Below are positions 52,721 to 61,504 of a stretch of DNA of 64,000 nucleotides, in pieces. Each line of letters starts with the position of its first letter. The stretch's first letter is position 1. The notes beneath the pieces are model-generated. The model made no database searches. It had not been told where the DNA came from and was given only the letters and a program-made list of their open reading frames with translations. Made by a program: the position numbers and the translations under genes. The DNA is from Pseudonocardiaceae bacterium. GTDB lineage: Bacteria; Actinomycetota; Actinomycetes; Mycobacteriales; Pseudonocardiaceae. The DNA lies in contig JBOHFI010000028.1 in assembly GCA_050699595.1 (NCBI GenBank), positions 2,427 through 66,426 of the forward strand, read 5' to 3'.

Positions 52721-54022
52721 TCAGCCGCCGTCGTGGCGCTGTCCCTGCGCGCGCAGCGGCCCGAGGGTCTCGGCACCGCCCATGTACGGCCGCAGCACTT
52801 CTGGCAGGAGTACTCGGCCGTCGGGTTGTTGGCCGTGCTCGACGATGGCCGCCCATAGCCGCGGTGTGGCCACTGCGGAACCGTTGAGCAGGCACACGTG
52901 TCGGGTGCCGCCTTCCGTGCGCACCCGAATCCCGCTGCGCCGGGCTTGGAAGTCAGTGAAGCTGCCGACCGAGGACACCTCCAGCCAACGGTCGACGCCG
53001 GGGGCGTACACCTCCAGGTCAAAAATCCGCGCCGAGGAGAACGTCAGGTCGCCGGTGCATAGGTCCACCACGCGGTATGGCAGCTCCAGCTCTGTCAGTG
53101 TGCGCTCGGCGTCGGCGAGCAACTCGGCGAACTCGTGCTCGACGTTTTCTGGCAGGCATATCCGCACCAGCTCGACCTTGTGAAACTCATGCAGTCTCTG
53201 CATACCGCGGGTGTCCTTGCCGGCGCTACCGGCCTCGCGACGGAAACAGGAGGTGTAGGTCATATACCGGCGTGGCAGGTCGGCGGGGTCGAGGATCTCC
53301 TCACGGTGCAGCGCGGTCAGCGGCACCTCGCCGGTGGGCACCAGCCACAGGTTGTCGAGCGTAGTGGTGTATGCGTCATCGGCGAACTTGGGCAGGTGGC
53401 CGGTTCCGACCATGATCTGCTCGCGCACCATGTGGGGAACGATGAGTTCCTCATATACACCGCGATGCGTGTCCAGTCCCCACGACACCAGCGCTCGCAG
53501 CAGCCGGGCACCGTCGCCGCGCAGCACCGAGAAGCCCGAACCGCTGAGCTTGGCGGCGCGCTCGACGTCGAGAATGCCTAGGTCGCCAGCCACCTCCCAA
53601 TGCGGCCGAAGCTCCGGCGCGGGCACCGCCTCGGGGCCTCCGTAGCGCAGCACCACGTTGGCCGACTCGTCGTCACCCACCGGGGCCTCAGGATCGGGCA
53701 AGTTCGGTAGCGTCAGCAGCAGGTCGAGCGACGACTGCTCGGCGTCCTTGAATGTGCTCTCCAGCTCGGCGATCACGAGCTTGAGCTGCACCAGTTCGGC
53801 GCGGCGTGCCTCAACAGAGGCGTCCTTGTTGGCGATAAGCCGGCTCATCTCCTTGGACTGCCGGTTCATGGTCGCTCGCGCCTCGTCGAGCTGGGCGCGG
53901 AGCTGACGTCGGTGCAGCACAGAGTCGCGCGCACGGTGAACCTTCGCCGGATCGATACCCTTGGTGGCCAGCCGCTTGGCCACCTCGTCGGAGTGATCGA
54001 GGATCAGATCAAGATCGAGCAC
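52721..54022 (-). CDS. serS: serine--tRNA ligase
   Basis: 433 aa with an N-terminal coiled-coil arm and class II motifs (TSCFRREAGSAGKDTRGMQRLHEFHKVE; LLNGSAVATPRLWAAIVEHGQQPDG). Confidence 0.9.
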   Translation of the reverse strand: MLDLDLILDHSDEVAKRLATKGIDPAKVHRARDSVLHRRQLRAQLDEARATMNRQSKEMSRLIANKDASVEARRAELVQLKLVIAELESTFKDAEQSSLDLLLTLPNLPDPEAPVGDDESANVVLRYGGPEAVPAPELRPHWEVAGDLGILDVERAAKLSGSGFSVLRGDGARLLRALVSWGLDTHRGVYEELIVPHMVREQIMVGTGHLPKFADDAYTTTLDNLWLVPTGEVPLTALHREEILDPADLPRRYMTYTSCFRREAGSAGKDTRGMQRLHEFHKVELVRICLPENVEHEFAELLADAERTLTELELPYRVVDLCTGDLTFSSARIFDLEVYAPGVDRWLEVSSVGSFTDFQARRSGIRVRTEGGTRHVCLLNGSAVATPRLWAAIVEHGQQPDGRVLLPEVLRPYMGGAETLGPLRAQGQRHDGG

Positions 54023-54108
54023 AGTCTTGTCTCCAGCTCGGGGGGGCTACCGTTGGGGCGGGCGTTTTGTTCAGGTGAACCGATACATCTGCCAACGCTA
54101 CCTCGCGC

Positions 54109-54273
54109 GAAGAATGAGTGGCCCAGTGGGTAGGTGGCCTCCCGTAGATCGTCCACCCAGCGCCACACCTCGGACATACGGCCCGCACGCCGGAACTGTT
54201 CAATCTGGTGGAACACCCGATTGTGATGGTGCCCCCGCGAGTTATGCGGGCAAGTGGTCTGAAAACATTCACG
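54109..54273 (-). pseudogene. C-terminal remnant (~55 codons) of a radical SAM paralogue
   Basis: SRGHHHNRVFHQIEQFRRAGRMSEVWRWVDDLREATYPLGHSFF aligns with the C-terminus of 51610..52656 (GRGHHLNRVFREVERLREAGRLADVERWADDLRAVLPQPEHSFF), about 24/44 identical by hand count. Confidence 0.5.
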
Positions 54274-55417
54274 TCAACTCGATGATCACCTGGCGGTTCT
54301 GCGCCGCCGGGATGGGGATGAGGTTGCCCTGTTGATCTCGATCCGGCACAAAACCGGGAAAATCGCTGCCCACGCCGCGGGTGCTGATTCGGTCGGCCGG
54401 GGCGCCGAGTTTTACCAGGAGATCACGAACAGCATCAGCTCGTTGTTCCGACAGCTGGAGCCGGTATTCTGCAGTGCCGTCCGAGGCGGCGGTTCCGGTG
54501 AGCAGCGCCTTTTTCCCATTCTTGATGGCCTGCGCGTAGTCGGCGAGGACCACACGGGCCTGATCGGGATCTCGAAACGCGGCCTGATTGGGCACGAAGC
54601 CGACGGCGCCGTCCCGCAGTACTGTGACCGACGGCAGCGGTCCGATCGAGCGCCCCGCGACCGGCACGATGGTGACGGGCGGCAGCCCGTCCAGCGTTCG
54701 CGTGCTGGGTAGCGGAGCCTGCTTGACCTCTGCGTTGCCACCCGCCGATTCGACGATCTTCGTCCAGAGCGCGACCAGCACGGATCGGGCCGGCGCGGGC
54801 AGCGGCTGCTGTGGCGGCGCGGTGTCGCCGAGTCCGGTGAACACCACACGCATCCCGGTGAGGTTGGGCAGCTGTTGCGTGCGCCGGAGCTGGCCGACCA
54901 CCTCGTCGGGGTTCGCGTTGAGCAGCGCGCCGCCCTGGTCCTCGAATCGCAGGGCGCCGGTGGTCTGCAGACCGCTGTCGATCACCACGATGGTCTTGGG
55001 TCCGACGGCGTCGCTGACTGAGCGCGCCGCGAGGGTGATCGCGGTGAGCAGGTCCACCTCAGGGTTGCCGGCGCGGGTCTTGTCGATCAGGTTCGTGAGC
55101 TGGTTGACCTGATCCTGCTGATAGAGAGGATTGTCGTTCCCGGTCTTGAGTGATACTGGGGCCGACGCGGTAGGGTTCCCGTCGTCCACGATGACGGTTG
55201 CGGATGAGCCGAGCCCGGATGCGGTGTCGATCTCGTCCTTGACCGTGGCCAACAGGCTGGGCGCCATCATATTGGAATGCGCTCCCACGATCACGGCGAG
55301 CGCTCCCGGGGTAGCAGTCGCCCTGGTATTGCCGCAGCCGGTGCAGAGTAGCAAACCGAGAACGAGCGCGCCGCCGAGCAGGCCGCGCCTCGTTCCCGGG
55401 GAAACCGGAGAATGCAT
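54269..55417 (-). CDS. secreted/lipoprotein with C-terminal OmpA/MotB-like peptidoglycan-binding domain
   Basis: Signal/lipobox-like LLGGALVLGLLLCTGCGN and C-terminal LLTGTAASDGTAEYRLQLSEQRADAVRDLLVKLG...RISTRGVG...NRQVIIEL. The middle alpha/beta region is possibly vWA-like (weak). Confidence 0.75.
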   Translation of the reverse strand: MHSPVSPGTRRGLLGGALVLGLLLCTGCGNTRATATPGALAVIVGAHSNMMAPSLLATVKDEIDTASGLGSSATVIVDDGNPTASAPVSLKTGNDNPLYQQDQVNQLTNLIDKTRAGNPEVDLLTAITLAARSVSDAVGPKTIVVIDSGLQTTGALRFEDQGGALLNANPDEVVGQLRRTQQLPNLTGMRVVFTGLGDTAPPQQPLPAPARSVLVALWTKIVESAGGNAEVKQAPLPSTRTLDGLPPVTIVPVAGRSIGPLPSVTVLRDGAVGFVPNQAAFRDPDQARVVLADYAQAIKNGKKALLTGTAASDGTAEYRLQLSEQRADAVRDLLVKLGAPADRISTRGVGSDFPGFVPDRDQQGNLIPIPAAQNRQVIIELT

Positions 55418-55451
55418 CGTTGTCGTCCTTTTCCGCCGGTGAAGACGCGGC

Positions 55452-56666
55452 TCAGTTCCCTATCGACTCAGTTCCCTGGAGCTGGTCGGGGCGCGACGCG
55501 CGGCCGGCGGCGATCTCAACCCCATCAGTGACCGTGGGGTTGGCCAGGTTGCGGACGAGATGGTGCTGGTAGTGGTGCTTGAGCTCGGCGGCGAAACCGT
55601 CCTGCGCAGCCCGCTTACCGGCCCACTGCTCGGCGAGATCGGCTTCCGATTCACGAGCCTGTTGCACGTCGAAGCCCGCCACCACCAGGTCGGTGTGCTT
55701 GGCCACCAGCTCGGCCCGGAGCTCATTCACCCGCAGGTGTGCCGCACGCAGATTCTTCAGATACGGATTGTACCTGGTGGCGCTGCGCAGCAGAACGACC
55801 GCTCCGATGGCGAGTACGACGAGCAGCCAGCCGAAGGTGAGGGTTCCCCAGCCGATTCCGGCGCGTTCGAGCAAGGACGGCTCCCCGGGCTGCACGCCGC
55901 TGGGCTGCCGTAGCAGATAGGCCGTGCGAATTTGCGCCACAAACAATGACACGCCCACCCACAGCAATGTTCCGGCCACCAGCCCGGCGACGAGGACTCC
56001 TCGATCGCGGCGCCCTCGGCGAACTCGGGCGACCAGCTCGCCGAGCTGCTTGGGGAGCAGGACGTTCACCAGGATGATGGACGCCGACAGCACCATTGTC
56101 TCCCGCAGAGAGTTCCCCATCAGCTGGAACGCGGTGTAGTTCAGGCCGATCTCGGCGATCGCGGCTCCCAGGTAGGTCAACCAATCCTTGATGACCTCCC
56201 CGCGACGGTTCTCGTCGATCCGGCTCCGCGCGGGCCAGTATCCCCCGTTGTCGCCGGGTTCCGCACCGTCGACGATATTCTGCATGTGGTCGAGATATGC
56301 GCAGGCCTCGCGCAGCTCCTGGTCGAGTCGGTTGTCGGCCCGCTCTGCTGTCGCATGCTTGCGGATCGCGGTCCGATAGAGCAGCTGGGCGGTTTTCCGG
56401 TCCTTGTGCTGGCGCAGTTCCGCCTCGGCCGACCAGCGGTGATTCCACCGATCGATCTTGTGTTCCATGATCAGCGGATGACCGTGCGTGCCGAGATCGA
56501 CGTCGTACATGTCGCTGGCCGCATCCTTGCGCGCCTCGGACTCGACGAAATCTCGGAGCATGACCTCATCGACCTCGGGACCGGGGTCCGGGCCCGCCAC
56601 CACGTGGATGTCGTCTTCGCTGGGAATGGGTCTCGGAGGCTTCTTGCGCAGCGGCACCGCGATCAT
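55452..56666 (-). CDS. integral membrane protein with flanking coiled-coil regions (unknown function)
   Basis: 404 aa with about 4 central TM helices (e.g. VLVAGLVAGTLLWVGVSLFVA, LTFGWLLVVLAIGAVVLL). The start overlaps the upstream gene stop. Confidence 0.65.
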   Translation of the reverse strand: MIAVPLRKKPPRPIPSEDDIHVVAGPDPGPEVDEVMLRDFVESEARKDAASDMYDVDLGTHGHPLIMEHKIDRWNHRWSAEAELRQHKDRKTAQLLYRTAIRKHATAERADNRLDQELREACAYLDHMQNIVDGAEPGDNGGYWPARSRIDENRRGEVIKDWLTYLGAAIAEIGLNYTAFQLMGNSLRETMVLSASIILVNVLLPKQLGELVARVRRGRRDRGVLVAGLVAGTLLWVGVSLFVAQIRTAYLLRQPSGVQPGEPSLLERAGIGWGTLTFGWLLVVLAIGAVVLLRSATRYNPYLKNLRAAHLRVNELRAELVAKHTDLVVAGFDVQQARESEADLAEQWAGKRAAQDGFAAELKHHYQHHLVRNLANPTVTDGVEIAAGRASRPDQLQGTESIGN

Positions 56667-57448
56667 TCCCCTGTTCTCGATCCGGGTTCCGCGGCCACGT
56701 CGCGGGCCGGTAGCGTCAGCGCGGGCGTTCGGCTGGCGAAGTCCTTCAGACGCCAGTGGTATTTCTCCGCGCTCGGGCCATCGATCTCGAGAACGAGAAT
56801 CGGTAGTTCATCGTCGGGCCATGGCTCAGTGCCGGCCGCCGGTGGCGGGCTGGTCCGCTGCGGGTCCGAACAGCGTCGATGGAGCGCGGTGTGATAGATC
56901 TTCACCAGATGTTCGTACCGTGCGGCATGGGCGCCTGCGGCCTCCCGGGCGACTTCGATGAGGTGGTGCCGGGCGCTGAAGAGTTGGCCGAGTCGCTGCT
57001 CAGCCTCCTTCTGCTCGCGTACCCAGCGCTGGTACGTCTTCTGCGCCGCGGCGGTCTCCCGGGCCTTGAGTACCCGTGGCGGAATCGTGGACAGCGGTTG
57101 TGGGTCGGCCTCATCGGCTGACGGTTGTACCGGAGCCGCCTCCGGTGCAACCGCCTGCTCCCGGCGGTGCTGGTCGAGCAGAATGAGCACCTGCACCGCC
57201 TCACGGTCAATCGGATCGATCTTGTGGTGCAGCCATCCGCTGACCGCTCGCCGGCTGAGCTCCGCGTCGGCGCGCAGCGACTCCAGGTAGGGTGGCGGCT
57301 GCTCTGGGTCAGTGGGGGGCCGCTGGGCGTCGCGGCGGCCGTGCCAGGCCACCCGCCAGCGTTCCACGGCCCGGACCGGCCGGGGAGCGGGAGCCGCCCC
57401 GTCTATGGTGGGCACGAGCTGCATCGAACCCTTTCCCGTGTCAGTCAC
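56663..57448 (-). CDS. hypothetical protein; first gene of a three-gene operon
   Basis: 261 aa, charged/helical centre, no recognisable domain. Confidence 0.55.
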   Translation of the reverse strand: MTDTGKGSMQLVPTIDGAAPAPRPVRAVERWRVAWHGRRDAQRPPTDPEQPPPYLESLRADAELSRRAVSGWLHHKIDPIDREAVQVLILLDQHRREQAVAPEAAPVQPSADEADPQPLSTIPPRVLKARETAAAQKTYQRWVREQKEAEQRLGQLFSARHHLIEVAREAAGAHAARYEHLVKIYHTALHRRCSDPQRTSPPPAAGTEPWPDDELPILVLEIDGPSAEKYHWRLKDFASRTPALTLPARDVAAEPGSRTGE

Positions 57449-58070
57449 CCCATTGATGATCGGGCGGTTGTACTATTGATACCCCATCAAGGCGGTGTTC
57501 TGTTACAGAACGCATTCGATCAGGGGATTTGGTTACTCTCAGTAGTCAAACCTCGGCCTGCGTCGAAGGTGGTGAGGAGCGGTGTCGCTGGCCGCGCACG
57601 CCGTCGCTCCTGACAGCTCGTCCCGAGCAGGGTAGGCGGGAATCGATCATCTACGATGCACCTCATGGCGACGGTCAGTGTGCATCCGATTCAACGTGAG
57701 TTCAGTCTTGCGGGCGGTAAGCAGAGTTGTCGGCTCTGTGGCGCTGAGGAGCGTTGGACCGCCAGCGCGGAGCCTCTGATCCAGGGACCGGCGCTGCAGC
57801 GCACGCTGCACCTGGTGCATCTCGTCAGGGCACACTTGGCGGACGTTCAAGCGACCTTCTCAGCAACAGAACGCAAGAAGGAGATCACGGTCCACGACGA
57901 GTAGACCCCGGGGTCTCGCCGCTGTGGCACTGGTTGGTGGTCAGCGTGATGCGGCCCGCGAACATGGTGTGGTCACGCTGGGATAATGTCAGGAATGTCA
58001 TGGACCGGTCAGGTGGCTACGTCCAACCCTGACAGGGCAAACGAGTCGCATCCATTGACTGAGAAGAGTC

Positions 58071-59151
58071 ATGAACGCCACGCTGACAACCATGCTTGTC
58101 AGAAATGGTAACCACGCGGAACCACGCTTGCCGCAGTTCCGCGTCACCGTGAATGCCCGGTGTGGACGAGCGTGCTTCTTCTGCCGTCCGTCCGGCGAAG
58201 CGGTAGCCACGGCGGCCGGCATGGAGCTGAAGGTTGACGACCTCATCGCCGTTGCCAAGGTGGTGCGGGGTGCGGGCATCACCAGCATCAAACTCACGGG
58301 TGGCGACCCTGCTCTGTACGGTCCACTTGAGGAAGCGGTGTTTCGGCTTCGCCGCGAGGCTGAGTTCGATCAAGTTGAGGTGGATCTCCCGGCACCCTTC
58401 GATCGGCGAGCGCGCCGAACGCCTTGCGGCCTCTGGGGTTACCCAGTTCACCATGAGTATCGACACGTTGGACAAGCGGTTGCACCACGAACTGTGCGGC
58501 GTGGATGATCTGCCCGAGGTGATTGGCGCACTTCAACGGTGCGTCGAGACCGGAATTCCCGTCAAAGTGAACATGGTTGTGATGGGCGGCATCAACGATG
58601 ATGAAGTGGCGTCGCTGGCTGGTTTCTGCGCTATGAGCGGCGTGCGCACTCTCAAGTTGCTCGATGTCATCAAGGACCTGGATGAAGGCTCTGAGAGCTT
58701 CGCGCGGCGACTCGCGATCAAGCGGGGCACGAAGCTGTCCGAGCTGTACGTGCCGCTCGGGACGTTCGCCGAGAAGTTCTTGGCCGTGGCCGTCCAGCGT
58801 GAGGTGCGCACCCAAGGCGGTCTCGGCCACCCCATGAACGTGGCGACTCTGCCGTCCGGCCTCGAGATAATGTTCAAGGACAGCGGCGTCGGAGCTTGGT
58901 ACGGCTCGATCTGCAATGGCTGTCCGTTCTTCCCCTGTCACGACGCACTGATGGCCCTACGCCTGACGGCCGATCTCCGCCTGCAGTTCTGCTTGCTGCG
59001 CCGGGACAACACGGCGGATCTGTCGAGCGTTGTCCACGACACCAACCAGCTCAGCGCGCTGGTTGGTGCGGCGCTCGAACCGTACACCAGCGCCAAATTC
59101 CGCACACCGGCTACCGATGCGCTCACGCTCACCGCGGCGGTGCCGGCATGA
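58071..59151 (+). pseudogene. MoaA-family radical SAM enzyme split by a 1-nt frameshift near 58383
   Basis: ORF 58071..58508 gives CGRACFFC (CxxxCxxC) and IKLTGGDPAL. ORF 58234..59151 (+1 frame) continues with TMSIDTLD... and the MoaA-type second cluster/GTP region ICNGCPFFPC...RLTADLRLQFCLL. Confidence 0.7.
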
Positions 59152-60530
59152 GCCGTTTTCTCGGACCGTCAACGCGTCGGCCTCTTGTGATCTTGCTGTA
59201 TCCAAAGGTAGACCACGAGAAGGATTACGTCTACTTCTGGATGCCATTCTCACTGCTGACGCTCGCCAAGCCGCTGCTCGATGAAGACCTGGCCGATGTA
59301 GCGCTCTTCGATGGCAACCAGACGAGCGAGGACGACTGGTCACGCTTCCTCGATGAGCATCTGGATCGGGCGTTATGCATCGGCGTGAGCATCATGACGG
59401 GCGGCGGCCAGATTGGACATGCGCTCGACCTGGTACAAACTGCGAGGGAGCGCACGAACTGCCCACCAGTGGTGTTCGGCGGCCCGCACGTCAACGTGCT
59501 CGCCGATCATACCGCTGAACACGAGCTCGTTGACGCGGTACTGGTCGGACCAGGCCAGAACTCGATGCCCGCGTTCGTCACCGCGCTCATGAACAACACG
59601 ACGTGGGAAGATGTACCGGGTCTCGTCGCCCGGCGAGGACGCGAGCTGGTACGCGGACCGCTCAACCCGCCGCGTACGGGTCTGATGGGCCACTATCCCT
59701 GGCACTTACTCGATATCGAGCGCTACGTGCGCGATGACCCGACTGTGGCATCGCGGACGCTGAACTACATCAGTTCGCAGGGCTGTGTCTACAAGTGCCA
59801 GTTCTGTTACGAACTGACCTACCAACGGAAGTACAGCGCTATGGCCGCTGACCGCCTGGTCGCCGACATCGACGACTTACAACGGCGCTTCGACGTGAAC
59901 GGGATCAAATTCTACGACGCTGACTGGTTCGTGAATCTCAAGCGAGCAGCGGCCTTCTGCCGAGGCGTCATCGACGGTGGGCTCGACTTGGCGTGGGCAG
60001 CGTCGATCAACCCGAACGATATCTTGAAGGCTCGGCGCGCAGGTATACCGCTCTTGAGGCTCGTGGCTGAGAGCGGCGGTTCACGGCTGCTGATGGGAGT
60101 CGAGTCCGGTAACGACCGAGTGCTACGCGACGTGGTACGCAAGGAAGTCACCCGAGCGCAAATCCTCGACGTGGCAAGCGATATCGCCGATCATGGTCTG
60201 TTGGGATCGTACACGTTTATCGTCGGCTTTCCCGGTGAGAGCGACGCCGAGCAGGACGATACCTACAGGCTGATCGAAGAGCTTCGGACACTGAAGCCGA
60301 CGCCCGAGACCCGCGTCCATCTGTTCGCGCCGTACCCCGGCACGCCGCTCTACGAGGACGCCATACGAGCGGGTTTCATCCCTCCGTCCACCTTGGATGG
60401 TTGGTCACGATTCGACTACTACGACTCACAAACCCCGTGGACGTCGGCCGAGACGGTACGCCGCGCTCGTGCCGCGACCCAGATGCGACTACGTCCCCAA
60501 GAATTACGGCCCCACGAGGTAGTTACATGA
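59148..60530 (+). CDS. B12-binding-domain (class B) radical SAM enzyme
   Basis: ATGA overlap with the upstream stop. N-terminal Rossmann-like cobalamin domain (LCIGVSIMTGGGQ...VVFGGPHV) and core CVYKCQFC, MGVESGNDRVL. Confidence 0.85.
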   Translation: MSRFLGPSTRRPLVILLYPKVDHEKDYVYFWMPFSLLTLAKPLLDEDLADVALFDGNQTSEDDWSRFLDEHLDRALCIGVSIMTGGGQIGHALDLVQTARERTNCPPVVFGGPHVNVLADHTAEHELVDAVLVGPGQNSMPAFVTALMNNTTWEDVPGLVARRGRELVRGPLNPPRTGLMGHYPWHLLDIERYVRDDPTVASRTLNYISSQGCVYKCQFCYELTYQRKYSAMAADRLVADIDDLQRRFDVNGIKFYDADWFVNLKRAAAFCRGVIDGGLDLAWAASINPNDILKARRAGIPLLRLVAESGGSRLLMGVESGNDRVLRDVVRKEVTRAQILDVASDIADHGLLGSYTFIVGFPGESDAEQDDTYRLIEELRTLKPTPETRVHLFAPYPGTPLYEDAIRAGFIPPSTLDGWSRFDYYDSQTPWTSAETVRRARAATQMRLRPQELRPHEVVT

Positions 60531-61495
60531 CCACCTTCGCCCCGATGGCGCTGGCTCGGGTGCGCAACGACCTGTGCCAGAAGTGGCGTGAGTATCTGCT
60601 TGACGGCTTCGCCGTTGAAGTCACAACGCCGACCCTGCACACCTGTCCTGACATCGCTCCTGTCCGTCAGTTCACGACGGTGCACCCGAGCACGGGTGAG
60701 GTCGCGTACCTGCGGATCGCTCCGACTGAGTACCTGAAGCGACTAGTGGCGGCTGGGCAAGACCGTGTCTTCGAGTTCTCGACCAACTTCCGCGACGACC
60801 CCGTCGACGGCACCCACCTGCCGGAGTTCACCTCGCTGGAGGTGATGGCTCGCGACACTACCTGCGCCGACATGGAGCGCAACGCGGCGGACCTATGCGA
60901 ATTAGCAGTCGAGATCGCGCGGCGGTATCGCCCGCTGACCGAACTGCCGGTGTGGGTTGAACAGTGGGAGCAGTGCCGGATACGGCGCATCGAACTGTCC
61001 GACGAGCTGAGCGAGTACGTCGCCGGTACACCCGACTGGCTGGAGTGGCCCACAGTGATCGGGGCGCTGCTCGCTGACTTCGGGGAGCCGGTCGAACCGA
61101 GTGTCACACTGCCGGTCTTGACGGACCAGCTTGTCACCGTGCTCGCTCAGCGAACGAGTGGCGCCGTGCTGATCGGCGGTTTTCCGGATTTCTTGGGCGG
61201 GCCGGCCGCGCCGCATCCGACCCGGCTCGGCTTCAAACAGCGCAGCGAGTTGTTCATCGACGGGCTCGAAGTCGCCAATATGTCGACCAATTTGACTAAT
61301 GGTCGAGCATTACGTCAGTGGCATCAGGATGGCGTCCAGGCGAAAACCGTGCTGGGTATTAAAACCAACCATCTTGACGAGGAGCTGCTCAGTCATCTTG
61401 ATGGCAACCTGCCGCCGTCCGCAGTGCTCGGCTTTGGCGTTGAACGCATGTTGCAGGCCACCCTCGGCCTTCCCGATATTCGCGCTCTCCGGTAG
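60527..61495 (+). CDS. class IIb aminoacyl-tRNA-synthetase catalytic-core paralogue without anticodon-binding domain (EpmA/GenX-like)
   Basis: ATGA overlap with the upstream stop. 322 aa with motif 2-like FRDDPVDGTHLPEFTSLE and motif 3-like LGFGVERMLQ, collinear with LysRS-type cores. Confidence 0.8.
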   Translation: MTTFAPMALARVRNDLCQKWREYLLDGFAVEVTTPTLHTCPDIAPVRQFTTVHPSTGEVAYLRIAPTEYLKRLVAAGQDRVFEFSTNFRDDPVDGTHLPEFTSLEVMARDTTCADMERNAADLCELAVEIARRYRPLTELPVWVEQWEQCRIRRIELSDELSEYVAGTPDWLEWPTVIGALLADFGEPVEPSVTLPVLTDQLVTVLAQRTSGAVLIGGFPDFLGGPAAPHPTRLGFKQRSELFIDGLEVANMSTNLTNGRALRQWHQDGVQAKTVLGIKTNHLDEELLSHLDGNLPPSAVLGFGVERMLQATLGLPDIRALR

Positions 61496-61504
61496 AATCG
61501 ACTC

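Noticed and set aside
57656-58032. ORFs 57656..57904 and 57754..58032 (or the 27-codon tail VMRPANMVWSRWDNVRNVMDRSGGYVQP) as precursor peptides for the rSAM operon
   Set aside because: There is no convincing RBS, and both strands have overlapping ORFs of similar quality. The composition is not peptide-precursor-like, and the operon's enzyme set suggests nucleotide rather than RiPP chemistry. This stays unresolved rather than supported.
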